From Lama glama (lineage: Eukaryota): a DNA stretch of 64,000 bases. Shown one piece after another: positions 12,001 through 24,300 of the stretch. The notes beneath the pieces are model-generated. The model ran no database searches, was not told the origin of the DNA, and saw nothing but the letters and a program-made list of their open reading frames with translations. Location: NCBI GenBank assembly GCA_028534125.1, contig CM052851.1, forward strand, positions 1,674,001 through 1,738,000, read 5' to 3'. Numbering within the stretch: the stretch's first letter is position 1; every line of letters begins with the position of its first letter. Position numbers and translations under genes: made by a program.

Positions 12001-15000
12001 CCTTGCTCAGCTGCTACCAGAGGCAGGGGTAGGCCCTTGGCTCCTAACTCTGAACCTGCGCTCTTGTGTGGTCCCAGAGGGGCCGGTCTGTCTACTCCAG
12101 TGGGGTCTGTGCTCCACTCTACACCAGGCCCAGCCAGCCCCCTCCATCACCTGGGCCAAGTGACCCCAGCCCCGCAGGGTGGCTGGGGCACTTCCATGAG
12201 CACCATGCCACAGTCCCCCAACTGCGATGGGGCAGCACGCGGCACCTGCTCCAGGCCTGGCGCCTGGCTGTGCCTCGCCTCTTATCTGACTGCTTCTCCC
12301 GCATGTAGGGGCCGGGAAATCGTGTCCCCAGTTAAGTCTGCTGCAGGCCATGCCTGGAAGGAGAGGCTGGGGGAGCCGAGGCACCACACAAACACTGAGA
12401 GGTGGGCCAGAAAGGACAGTAAAGTCAAGTCCTCATGGTGCTCATCCAGGAGGGCACATGGGGGCCACCATTCCCAGCCCAGGCAGGAGGATCAAAGGAG
12501 CCCTGAGCAGGGCCAGAAGCCCGACTGGAGACACCGAGCCCAGGCTGCAAAGCTGCAGCCTTCTCCCCAGGCAGACACGCAGGCCACTGGTAACCTAAGG
12601 CTTGTGGAAACAGTCCCATGAGCAAACAGAGGGCACTGTCCAGGGAACGTGGAGCTTGGTCTTTGCTTAGCAGTGGACACTGCCGGGGTGCCAGGCCCTG
12701 GCAGACTCGTTCTCCCTGGGTGCCAGGCATCCCTCTGTGCTGAGCGCCTGAAATGCCATAAATGCTCCGGCTCATCACAGTCCTTGTTGACTCTGAGGAC
12801 CTGAAGAAATGGCCCTCTCCCCACCTGCTGCCACCTGGCCACACAGGTGCAAGGTCCCAACGACTTAGGCCAAAGAGAATCTAAGCATGACCAGCCTGTC
12901 CACCACGCGAGGCTGATCACGGACTTGTCTCATTTACTGGGTGGGTGTTGGTCTCTGCCTGTAAATGTTTAACCCCCAAGGATGCCGATCTCAGGGCTGG
13001 GAAGGCTCGGACTAGGTGGGGGGAGGGGCTCCTCCTTGCTGGTGCGCAAGGACCCTCTGGTGCGGAAGGGCAGCATCAGCCTGTGCGGGAGGCCCACCAG
13101 GCCCACAGCAAGAAGAGCAAAGGCTGGCTCTGCAGAGGAACTTCCCGCAGTGAGCTCAGCCTCAGAGTGCCTGGAAGGGAGGGAGAGTGAGCACTGTCTT
13201 CTCCCACGGAGTTGAGAGCAGGCGGGCCACGAGGGGCAGGCCCAGCCCTGGGGCCCCTCAGGGGCCCCCACCGCTCTGGCCCTGGAGTGCAGCGCCTCGT
13301 TTGGAACTGCTGCTTGCCCCACGGGGGCATGGCCTAGGTCTCCCCTCTGTGGGGAGGGTGGTGTGGAAGCCGGTTTGCCGGGGCCACCCAGTGTGGGCTC
13401 AGGAAGGGAAGGAATGTGACCGAGGCCGGGTGTGGCTGAGGAGAGTGCAGCCAGTTGTGGGTTTTTCTTGGGGCCCAGATAGACGTGAGCAGAGACGGAG
13501 CCCCGCGCCCTCGGCCCCTGCCACACACACTAGGACTTTCTTCAGCGCGGCTGCCGAGCTGGAGCCCAAGGACACCCTCTGGAAATCTGAATTCCATTCG
13601 CTCTTGGCAAAGAACAGCTTCCTGCTTGGGGAAGCTGGCAGAGGGAGAGGCACATGGGTGGAGGGACGTTTGATGAGACGTGGAAGGTGACCCCACTGTT
13701 TCCCGGCACTGGGTGGCACTTGCAAAGCTCCTCCGGAGAAGTGAAGACAAATGCCTGGAATGCATGAATCAGAAGCGTGCGGGCTGCGCTGCCTTTGCAA
13801 CAGGCTCTGGCTAAAACAGTCACGGCAAAACACACCTTTGAATTGGAAAGCCAGAGCTTTCCGCAAAATAATTCAAAAAGCTTGTTGACCCTTAAACCTT
13901 CCCTGATGCTCCCTTCCTTCTGAAGTTAACTCGTTAAAGTCGCTCCAGCCCCAGCCTGGTGCCAGACCAGTTTCCTGGAAACCCTCGCCAACTGCTGCCT
14001 TCAGAACGGCTTGTCACCCTAATAGCTGTTTAAAAGGAAAAAAAGGCTCACTGGGCACCTCGGCTGCAGGGTCTGAAAAGCCCTTTGTGCCAGCCCCAGC
14101 CGCAGAGGTTCCCGGGCCCTGCTTCCGGGGCCGGCTGGGGCCGGCTCTCTTCGTTTCCTCGTACAGCGGCGGGCCCTCGGCTGCCTTCTTCCCGCCTGGC
14201 TTCCCTGCCAGCCGTGCAGCCAGGCCTCCCCATGCCCTGGTGGGGGCCGGGGTGTCCAGGGCAGGGCCCTTGGAGAGGGTGGGGGTGGGCATGTCCCAAG
14301 AGGGTCCCTAGCCTCGTGTTCCTCTGTTCCTTCCCCACTTGGAGAGAGAGATGAGGACGCCCTCCCAGGTCAGCACTGTGTCATCTCCCCAGAAAACCCA
14401 GGGCCCAGCCGGCCCCCCTGCAGGGCTGTTTCTGACATGAAGACAAGTTGCCCCTCCCCAAAGCAGAATTTCGGCGATATAAAGCAGAAATGGAAAACGG
14501 GGGCTAAGGTACAGGTTTAAAAAGAGTTTAAGATGGGCATATGGGTTGGAAGCTATTTAAATTAACATAGACATTAGGCAAATCAACTTAAAAATGTACG
14601 AAATATTGTCACCGTTGCATTAATCAAAATCAAAGATTACCTGGAAATGGAAAAAAGTTCCATAAAAACTGAAATATTTAATGAAACACAGCAGTTAGGA
14701 CATGCCATACACATCCTCTTTTTTAAAAATCACTCCTCTCGAAATTCTGTAATGACGAAACATACGTAGCGTCTCATCTCCTAGGAGAGCCGCGTTGGCC
14801 TGCGGCGGGGTGGAGGGCACGCCTTCCCATTGGAGAGGGCGGGCTCGCCGGGAGCCTGCTCGGGGCCTGCTCTCACTCCGGCTCTGCCGCTCCCTGTCAA
14901 AAACCTCTTTGTGCCGGAGCAGCCCCTGCTCCTCGGAGTGACATGAACCAGAGCCTGCGCCTGCCGCCCCGGCCCCGCAGCGAGGCGGGCACAGCCCCAG

Positions 15001-16569
15001 CCGGGCCAAGCGTCTGCGGGAGCCGCGGCGCCCTGCGCTCTCTGCAACACGGTGCTGTGCTAAAAATCGTGACCCAGTAGCTTTGCACACACACGGTGAA
15101 ACAAATTCAGTGCACAAAAGGGAATATGGCAAAACCCAGGCTGTCCCCACCCCAGCCCCTAACTCTGAAGTTTCTTTCCCTAAAGGTTACTCGTTAAGTC
15201 TCCTATTGAATTTTTCCAGAGTGTGTCATGTGGGCAGACGTGTCTGTGTGTGCGCTTAGAATTCACCTCCTTCTCACACAAATGGTAGCATAGTATTTAG
15301 ATAGACAGACAGACACGGGGATCTCTGCGGTCTGCCTTGCTGACTGACTATGCGTTAGGGCGTACTCAGAGCTGCCCGACAAGGCTGATTATCACAGAGC
15401 AGCCCACTGCGGGGCACGCGCACGCACAGGGGCCAGGATCCTTGAGGGAATGTGGCCTCTGCTCTCCGTCCACTGGGCTGGGCTTTCCCCAGACGGGACT
15501 GTGCTTGTGGCAGCTCTAGTCTTTCTGGCACCGGTTCCGTTTCTGGTGAACACGGGGACCCAGGCCGCCTGCAAATGGCACCTAGGTTGTGGGGCAGGAG
15601 ACCTGTGGGAAGGCTAGAGATCGTGCTGGGTGTTCATCAGGGGGCTTTCCATCAAAGGACACACAGGTGGGCTGCTCACTAAGGCCTGAGTAAGCAGTTC
15701 CGAGGGCAGCACTGCCTTGACTGCAGCTGGCAGGAGGTGGCCTACTCGCTTGATGGTCTGGGCATCTGAAGAGACCGGAGCCCTGGCCAGTGGACTGTGC
15801 TGGGACCCGTCTCCGCAGGCGTCATGCTGGGAGGAACCCTTTCAGCTCTCACTCAGCGAGCCCTCCCAGTTCTTGGTAAGCACGCGGCCCCAGTGTGCAC
15901 TGTTCAAAGGGAAAATGCCTGCGTGTTCTGGAGATGGGTCTATATTAAGACGTCCAGCGCTTCTGCCTTTCACTCACAGCTGCAGAGCGCTCCATTGTTC
16001 CACAATGTATGGAACAAGTCCCCTATTGATGGATGTATAGCGCGGCTAAAGGCAGCCATTAGCCATCCAAATACCCACTGACGAGCTGCCCGATTATGAA
16101 ATTAGGCCCTCAGAAACACCCCGTCCCACTGAGCACTGCTGTCTCTCCCCGCCCGTCTTACCCTGCTCTCTCTCTGTCAACTGAGGCTCCCAGGCTGTCT
16201 CCTACCAAACAAGGACAGTATAAAGGAAGTCACTGTGAAGAACTGTGATTCTCGTCACGGTGCGAGATTTCATGAAGTTAAGGGATGTGAAATTGAAGAA
16301 TCTCTCTACCAGAGATTAGGAAGTTAGGCAGAGGTAAACCGGCTACCAATGGAAGAGGAAATCCAGGCTGATGCCTAGCTAAGCATTTCAAAGGAGAGCG
16401 GATGAAATAACACAAGGTTAAGGGTGGCCCTGGGTGCAGCACGAAGCCCTGCCTCCTACGGAACAGCCCTCTGTGCGGAAGTGCTGCCAGAGCCCGCCAG
16501 GAAGCAAGCGGCGCCCTCCCGCGCTGCCGCGTCCCGTTCACGGACGTTACACCGCGACCTCTCTCAATT

Positions 16570-17570
16570 CACTTTTTTTCTGAAACAAGTAGATATCTGC
16601 AGTTTGAACAATTTATTATACGTAAGGTAATCTTATTTTCATAAACATTATCGCTGTTTCTCAAGATAACTGCCCAAATCTATTTTTCGTGAAAATTTGG
16701 TCTCTATTTTAAATGGATTCACCTCCAGAGGTGCGTCTTCCCCCCATTTCCGGCGCGGGTGAAGCGCCTGCACCTGTTTTGATGGGCACTGCCAAACAAA
16801 GGCTTGTGCCCGATTATACTGCTGGAGGACTGAGCAGACATGCCTGTCCCCCACACCCTCACCGACGAGTGGCTGAGCAGGTTTTATCTCCATAAATTTG
16901 ATTGATGAGAAACAGCTTACTACAGTGTTAATTTGCGATTCTTCTATCGTAAGTGAGGTTTTTATCTTTTCAAGCAAGTGGAAGCGTTTGTTTCTCTGTC
17001 TCTGTGACCGTCACTCCGTGCTCTCATTTGATGAAGGTATTTTATCCCAGTTTCCTTTGGTCTTTCTGTGTCTATATTTTTCCTCTGGCAGGACTTGTTG
17101 ATTTGGGGGTTGTTTGCATTTCTTATATTTTATTAAAAGTTGAGCTTGTTTCTACGTTCCAGAAGCCCGTGGTATTTTCCTTGTACAAACTGTTCAAATT
17201 TGGGGTCCATTTTTTCCTGTTGGACTTCACAATTTTTAAATTTTGGCACAGTCAGCTCTGGCAAGTCCTTTGTGATCTGAAGTCCTAGTCTTAAATTTTG
17301 AAAAAATTTCATACTGAGATTGTCTTAATAAATTGTCCCATGTTTTCTTCTGTCATCTTTATTTCAGTTTTTACATTTTAAATAGTGCTGTACTTGGATT
17401 TTGGCATAAGGAGTTGTTAAATCCAATTCATCCAATTCATTTTCTGTATGTCTAACTAGTTCTCCTAACACTGTTCATTTGAATACATCATCTTCTCTCC
17501 ACTGACTTAAGCTGTTACTGTTATCATATTTCAAACTCTCACTTAATGTGTCTATTTCTAGACAGTCTTC
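16570..17570 (-). mobile_element. Ancient L1ME-like fragment
   Basis: T-rich, with antisense L1 landmarks GTGTTAATTTGCGATTCTTCTATCGTAAGTGAGGTT, CCCATGTTTTCTTC and CTAGTTCTCCTAACACTGTTCATTTGAA. Confidence 0.6.
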
Positions 17571-18274
17571 TGGAAGTCCGGTGGGCCTGGTGATGGGCAA
17601 GACTTGGTTATTTGACTTGTGAACTTTACGATGTACTTAAGAGTATGGCAGGGCCGCCCCCGTCTCTGTTACATGTCACACAGAACAGTCAGCAGGGACT
17701 CCATGGCATGGCCTCAGACCAAACACTCCAGAGACACAGGATTAGCTCTTGAGTTGGATGGGAAGCTGGAGTGCTGGGGACTGAGTCCTCATTTCGGGGT
17801 CTAATAACGTCAGGGAACAGGGGCACTTCTTTCTTCTGAGGCTCGCTCACACGGCAGAATCCAGACAGGGGACGCACAGGGCTGCGGGTCTGACCCCGAG
17901 GCCATTTCCTACACATGCACAATCACAGTTTCAGGGCATCTTAACGAAAACTGAATTCAGCAACTCAAGAGGGAACAAGAGAGTAAATAAACCTAATTTA
18001 AGGAGGAAAAAGCCTGCAATAAGAAACAAAATCTGTATAACATGTAGCCAGCCCCTCCCTAGGCCGACGGCCACAGAGGAAGCAAACTGACACTGTCGTC
18101 ACCAGTGCAGGCGAAAGTGGCTTCCGGTGGCGACCTGGACAGCAGTGACTCAGTGCCCTCCTCCAGTCCGGGCCGCTTGTGCCATGTGCCTCTCCGGTCT
18201 CACCCTGGGGAAACACTGCCCTGGCCCCTGCCCCGCTGCCTGATGCTCGCCTTTACTGACTTGTAAATAGACAT

Positions 18275-18500
18275 GAGTGCTTAGGAGCAGATTCTGGAAC
18301 CACAGTCCAGGCCCAAATCCTGAGGCGCCGCTTCCCACCTGCGGGACCCTGACTGAGTCATTTAACCTCAGTCTCAGTTTCCCCACCTGCGAAATGGGGA
18401 TAATGACCAAGCGTGCCTTCCACAGAGGGTTCCTGGGAAGAGTAAACAGATCGCTCACGTGACGCGCACAGACTGGTGCTGACACGCGGGGGGGTCTGCG
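18275..18500 (+). mobile_element. MIR SINE
   Basis: Core GAGTCATTTAACCTCAGTCTCAGTTTCCCCACCTGCGAAATGGGGATAAT. Confidence 0.85.
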
Positions 18501-19024
18501 TGCCGAGTAGACGAGTGTCTACGCCAGCTCACGTTCTCACGGGGGGTGCCTGACAGGGTCAGTGGGGAGGGGAGTCTGAACGGGCAGAATCGCCTTCAGG
18601 AAGGAGCGCAGTCGCACCTTCGTGAGACCGTTTGGGACGACGGGTTATCTTTACCACCCACCGCCTGGCCGGTGCGCGGGGCGCCCGGCCGCACCGGACA
18701 GCGCTGGAAGCTGCTTTTTCAGAATTTTACGGGACTTGCGTACGTGTTCTTTTATTTTTTCACATAAACTATAGACTCAGCTTGCTTGATAGAAAAAAAG
18801 CAACTCTGTGTGACCATCTATATTCTGTGGTATTTTCTGTTGAAACTGCAATCAATTAGACTAACTTCGAATTATCTTTTTAACAAAAACAGACTTTCTA
18901 GCCAAAAAATAGGATTTATCCACATGTTCAAATCAGTTGTACCGTCGTCCCTTGCTATTTTTCAGCCCTTTGTATAGATTTTGTACATTTTAAAATTCAT
19001 TATTGGGTATTTTCAGGAAGACGA

Positions 19025-19390
19025 CTTTTTTTAATGGAACTTTTCATTTTGAGATAACTATAGATTCACACGCAGCTAGCAGCTAGCTATAAGAAACATT
19101 AGTGAGATTCCACATAGCCTTTACCCAGTTTGCAAACTGTCGGACAAGATCACAGCCCGGACACAGACATTGATATGGGGGAGCTCCTGTCACCCGGGTC
19201 CCTCGTGTAGCCACACGCACGTCCCTCCCGTCCCACGCTGTCCTCAGCCCCGGGGAACCACTCATCAGTGCCACGTTGCTTTACTTTTGTCACTACGAGA
19301 ACACTCTGTAAATGGAACCGTACAGTAACGGACCTTTTGAAACTGACAGTTCTCACTCACCACAGTTCCCTAGAGACTCATCCCAAGGAT
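19025..19390 (-). mobile_element. L1MC-like 3' end fragment
   Basis: Poly-T followed by TTTTGAGATAACTATAGATTCACACGCAG...CCTTTACCCAGTTT...GACATTGAT. Confidence 0.75.
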
Positions 19391-19687
19391 CCATTCACTG
19401 TTGCATGGATCCTTGTGTTCCTGGCGTGACCCTCCTTAGGCTGTATTTTTAAAGCTGATGGACCCTGGCTACTAATACCTTCCCTCTTTCTGCACTGACT
19501 GCCAAAGATGAAGTCGGCATGCATTCCTTTATTATGCCAGTCTTGTCAGAGTTGGGCATCAGTGGAATTTTGGCTCCACAAAGAGATGCTGAAAGATTTC
19601 ATGAAGGATGTGATTATTTTAAAACATACCTCAAACAAACAAACAAAAAAACCTCCTGTGAAAAAGTTCTTTGTTTTGCTTTTAATT

Positions 19688-20200
19688 TGCTTTTTTTAAC
19701 TACTTTACTGAAGTAGTTGGCATACAAAAGCTGCACGTAGTTGATGTATACAACGTGATGGATGTGGAGGTAAGTATGTACCTGTGAGACCATCACCAAA
19801 ACCTAGGCCGTGAACTTACACCATCTCCAAAAGCTTCCTCCCGCCCTCTTTATTATGTACATTATTGTTTCATAAGAACACTTAACATAAGCTCTGCCCT
19901 CTTGGCAAATCTGGAAGCATACAAAGCAGCACTGTTGACCACAGGCGCTGTGCTGGACGCGGCTCTCTGGGACTCATTCATCCTGCAGAACTGAAACTCC
20001 GTGCCCTTTGACAGATTCCTCTGAGCTGCCCCCTCCCCCTGCCCCTGGCAACACCATTCAGCTCTCTGCTTCTATGAGCTTGGCTGTTTTAGATTCTTCA
20101 TAGAAGTGGTATCATACAGTATTTGTCCTTCTGTGTCTGGCTTATTTCACTGTCCTCCACATTCATCCATGTTGTCACAAATGGCAGGATTTCCTTCTTG
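19688..20200 (-). mobile_element. L1MA/L1MB-like 3' end fragment
   Basis: Poly-T, TAAGAACACTTAACATAAG, CCCTGGCAACACCATTC, GTATTTGTCCTTCTGTGTCTGGCTTATTTCAC, CAAATGGCAGGATTTCCTTC. Confidence 0.85.
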
Positions 20201-21134
20201 TTAAAAAATTCTTGTACAACAATTCTATTTCTGAATGCTAACAGGATTCAGAAAAAAAAAAAGTCCTGTTTACATCATTTATGTCTGATGGAGAGTGAAG
20301 TAGAAGGAAGCCTGTCCGCTCCGTGGGGGCTTAGATGCAAGAATTCAGGGAGCCCTGAGGAGCAGCTTGGGAGCCCTGGGGCCGTCCTGTGGGGCTGGGA
20401 GGGGGGCACTCCCATCTTGAACGCCCCCCTAGAGAGGGCCTCACTTTCTCTCCATCAGCCCACCCAGCTCCAGCTCCGTCTCCCTCTCTAATTCTGGGAC
20501 CCTGGGCATCCTGAAGCTCCCTGCTCACCCCCATGTAGAGGACAGCCCTTGAGGCTGGGGTGATTGCAGACAAACAATGGGAATCCTTGTGAAAGCTCCG
20601 AGGGGGTGGGGTGGGATAAGCTGACCGTCACGACCTCAGACCCCCTTGATGGGCGATGGAGTTTGGTGAAGCGTCCCACCTGGTCCAGGCTGGGCTACCG
20701 GTGAAGCCTGGAAGGAACTCGCCTTTCGCTTCTCTGAAGCTTTCTAGCTGTGCCTACCCCCGCCCTGCACCCCCTGCGCTAAGAAGGGCCAGAGGTGCTC
20801 TGATCTGAGACTCCTGCAGCCTCCCCCAGGGCAGGTGTGTTGGGGCCGTGGTCTAGGCTCTAGGAGCTGAAAGGACCTAGAAGGTTCAGGGCACCGCCCT
20901 GACGGTAGCTGGAGGAGAGGGTGCCCCCTGGCCCGGTGTGTCCATTCTCCCGAGCGCAAGCCCTGGGGCCAGAAGGAGCTGGGCAGGGGCCACCCCTACT
21001 CTCTCAGAGGGTCTGGTCTCGCCAACATGCCCTGGGCACCTGGGTCCAAAGGAGGCTCGACGCTACATCTTGGTGAGGAGAAAACTTGCTAGCCCTTACA
21101 CACATCTTTGGGCTAAAAAATATTCCTAAAATAA

Positions 21135-21330
21135 TTAACAGTACTTGTACCTGCCCTCAGCCAGGCCCCATGCGCAGTGCTTTATAAACATCATGTCACT
21201 AATCCTCATATCATGGCAGCTTTGACATAAGAATATTTTCTCTCCTGTTTTATGTATAATCCACCTGAGGCTTAAGAGGTCAAGCCTGGGGCCCAGAGTC
21301 ACAAAGCTAGTAGTGACCCTGAGCAGTGGC
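21135..21330 (-). mobile_element. MIR SINE
   Basis: AGTGCTTTATAAACATCATGTCACTAATCCTCA...CTGAGGCTTAAGAGGTCAAG...GTCACAAAGCTAGTAG. Confidence 0.7.
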
Positions 21331-24300
21331 TCTGCTGAAGTCACCACGGCCCCTGGAATATTCTCTTGGTATCATTTTAGACAAGCCAAGGTCTCTCGTG
21401 ACCTTCTCCGCTTCCCCAGGCGGGGGCAAACTTATGCCCCTGCCTCGGAGTGGCCAATGTCTAAGCCCCAGACTGGACCGCAGAGAACCCATCCTCCCCA
21501 TTCTTAATGTATAACTGGGTGTTTGTCTGTGGCGAAGGGGTCCGAGCTGTTTCCTTCGATCCCAAGGCCAGCGAAGGCAGAGCACGTCTTTTTGTTCAGC
21601 ATTATCTTGGTGCTTAATCCGCACAGAGCCCGTCATGGCCACTCTGTGAATGTTTGATGAATTCACGCGCGAACAAGCCAGGGCTGGGGGGTCCGCACCG
21701 GGCCAGTCCGGCCCGGGAGCTGGGCTGTGGTCCGCCCTCCTCACAGGGGCCCGCAAGGCTGCGGGGGGGTCGCAGCGGCAGTGAGGCCTGGTGCTCTTCC
21801 TGGGGCTCATTCACCCCGCTCCTCACCTCACACAGCCCATGGCAGCCAGAGTCTAGAATCTACCAAAAGTCTCTAATCACAAAATCTCTCCCGCACGAGC
21901 CTGCTCCCTTCTGTTGCCAGTCCGGAGGTACAGGGAAGTGTACCAATGCAGTCGCCTTGGTGATGCCCGGGGGCCCAGTGTGTAGGACCACTTCAGTCTT
22001 TGTAGGTCACGACACCGAGGCCTGTGGATGGCAGATGCTCCTGGACAGAAAAAGGCGGCACCTGAGGAGGCCGTGCACGATGAGACCAGGAGCCTCTCTG
22101 CCGCCAGGCTGCGTTCAGGTGCCTTCCTGGCCTCGTGGCCCTCGCTCTGCCCCGAGAGAGGACGACTGCTCCTCCCTCCTAATGGCAAGCCTCCCGCGAG
22201 CCTGAGGGCCAGGGGCCTCCAGGGCTTCCTGCTCCCAGGGTAACTCTCAGCACTCGGGAGGCACAGGGAAGGGCTGGCGCCAGGAGCAGGGCCAGCACCC
22301 GATTAAAGGCTCTGAATGAGGGCGCTCCGGAGGTGAGGGACAGAGCGAAGGTCCTGGGTCCTGGCCTCTGCAGCCTGTTGACCTGAGCATGGGCGATGGT
22401 TTGCAAGACCAGCCATGTGGAGGACAGGCTTTCTGTGCCAAGCGCTAGGCCTCTCTGCCTGTCACTACTGCCTGCAAAGGCTGGCCCTAGGGCTCTGGCT
22501 GGTCGGGGAAAAGCAGGAATCGCGTATGGTCCCATCAAAGATGGTTTTCCTATTAAAACATGACTCGTGTTAAAACACAGGGCTTTGTTCAGAGTAAACA
22601 TTTCTAACTGCTGAGAAGAAGCAAAGATTTATAACACAGCGAGACTTAAAAGAAGTAAAAGCCCCTGTGTACTGACTGCGGCCGTGAATGCCAGCTTAGT
22701 TCAGACATAACCTGAACCAACCTGCTTCTTCCTCTCTGCTCTGGAGTCCTCCCTGACTTCTTACCTCACTGCTTCCAGGCTGGATGGTCTTGGGGCCCAG
22801 CCTGGGCCTTAGGCCCTCCTCACTCCCTCCGGGCCTGTGCGCCAGGGCGGCCGCCCTTGCTCTGTGCCCGCAGACCTCGGCCTCCGTCTCGCACCGCGGC
22901 TTCACTGGATTCCTCTCCCTGGCCCCACACTCACCGCTGCCTCTTTCTTCCAAATCTTAAACACAAAAGATGGCCAGAGGTACTCTCCCCAGGACACCTT
23001 TCCTAGTCGGACAGAACCCGATGACTGCCTTTTCTTTCATTTAGAAGCATTTCCCAGGCAGCTCTGCCTCTCCTTAATCGACACCAGCTAACTTCATCCT
23101 TCCTCTTTATCGAGATATTGTTTAGAGCAAATAACTCGTAAACTTGCACAGCAACTCGGACCCCTTTCATACCACCTCTTAAGAGGACCTTTCCGCTGAG
23201 AACGGGGTCCCCTGCAGAGCTGAGGAAGGGCCGTGCCCATGGGGGCTTGGGCAGGGCTCTGCCAGGAGACCGGCAGCTGTCTGCTACCGACCGTGCCTGG
23301 CGCCCTTCTCTGATTGTCTTAAGTAACTTAACAAGAGGGGAGCTGACGTGGCCAGAGTGACCCGCCACATGTGTATCTGTGCAGTCCTCCTCGCAGGCAG
23401 CCCAAGGGTGCCATGGGAGCTCTGTCCCCACTGACTCCTCGGCTCCCAGCAGCATTCTCTTTCATTTGAAAACACGTTTATTTGGTAAACAGACTGTGTT
23501 CCAGAACTTTCTAGCTGACCTCCCTCCTCTTCCTCCTTCTCCACTGTTAGGGGTTAGAAAAGCAATACATTTGCTTTCTCAGTGTCCTCGAAGTGTCTTT
23601 CCTGCAGACAAGCATGCCCCGTGTCTATGGCCCCAGAGCCAAGGCTGAGCTTTCCTAGCAGAACGGGCTCGCCGGCCGGCCGGGGAGCTGGCTCTGGGGG
23701 AGGGAACCGGGGAGGCGCCCCCAGCCAGGCCTGCTTACCCAGAAGGGGTGAGGGAAGATCCTGCCTTCCACCGTCCCTCGCAGACTGCCCCAGCCACGGG
23801 CAGGGGCGAGGAGTCTCCCTTCCTGGGGCAAGCCCACGACCAGCCTCCTTCAGAGAGCAGCCTGAGGCACGGGCGAGGTCAACAGGAGAAAGCAGGTTTG
23901 TGTTCCTGCCCCACACGGCGCCCTCTGTGTGCACCAGACGGCTGAAGGCAAACGGAAGGGGCTTCCATTCCTGCAGTTCCGCTGCTCTGCCTGCACCAGC
24001 TTCCTCCCATCTTTGCCTCACTCTCACTTCCTGGATTTAACACGTGTGCCTCATGGGACAACCTGGGAGAATTACAGATTTGGGGAGAGGAGAGGAGCTC
24101 CGAATGGCACAGAGGGTCTGATGGGCAGACTTGAACAGACAGGGAAGGGCCCTCCTCTGGACAGAGCATTCCCCTGTGTGGGACGGGCAGCCCAGCGCAC
24201 AATAGCCGTGTCACTGGGGCTGGATGGGTGTCCACGGGTCTCCTTTCACATGGAACTGCACCCTGAATGGGAAGCCCTCAGTGTCCCCAGAAACCCAGCG

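Noticed and set aside
14480-14760. AT-rich island, possibly a DNA transposon or regulatory element
   Set aside because: I could not match it to a repeat family or a convincing motif set, so it is left uncalled.
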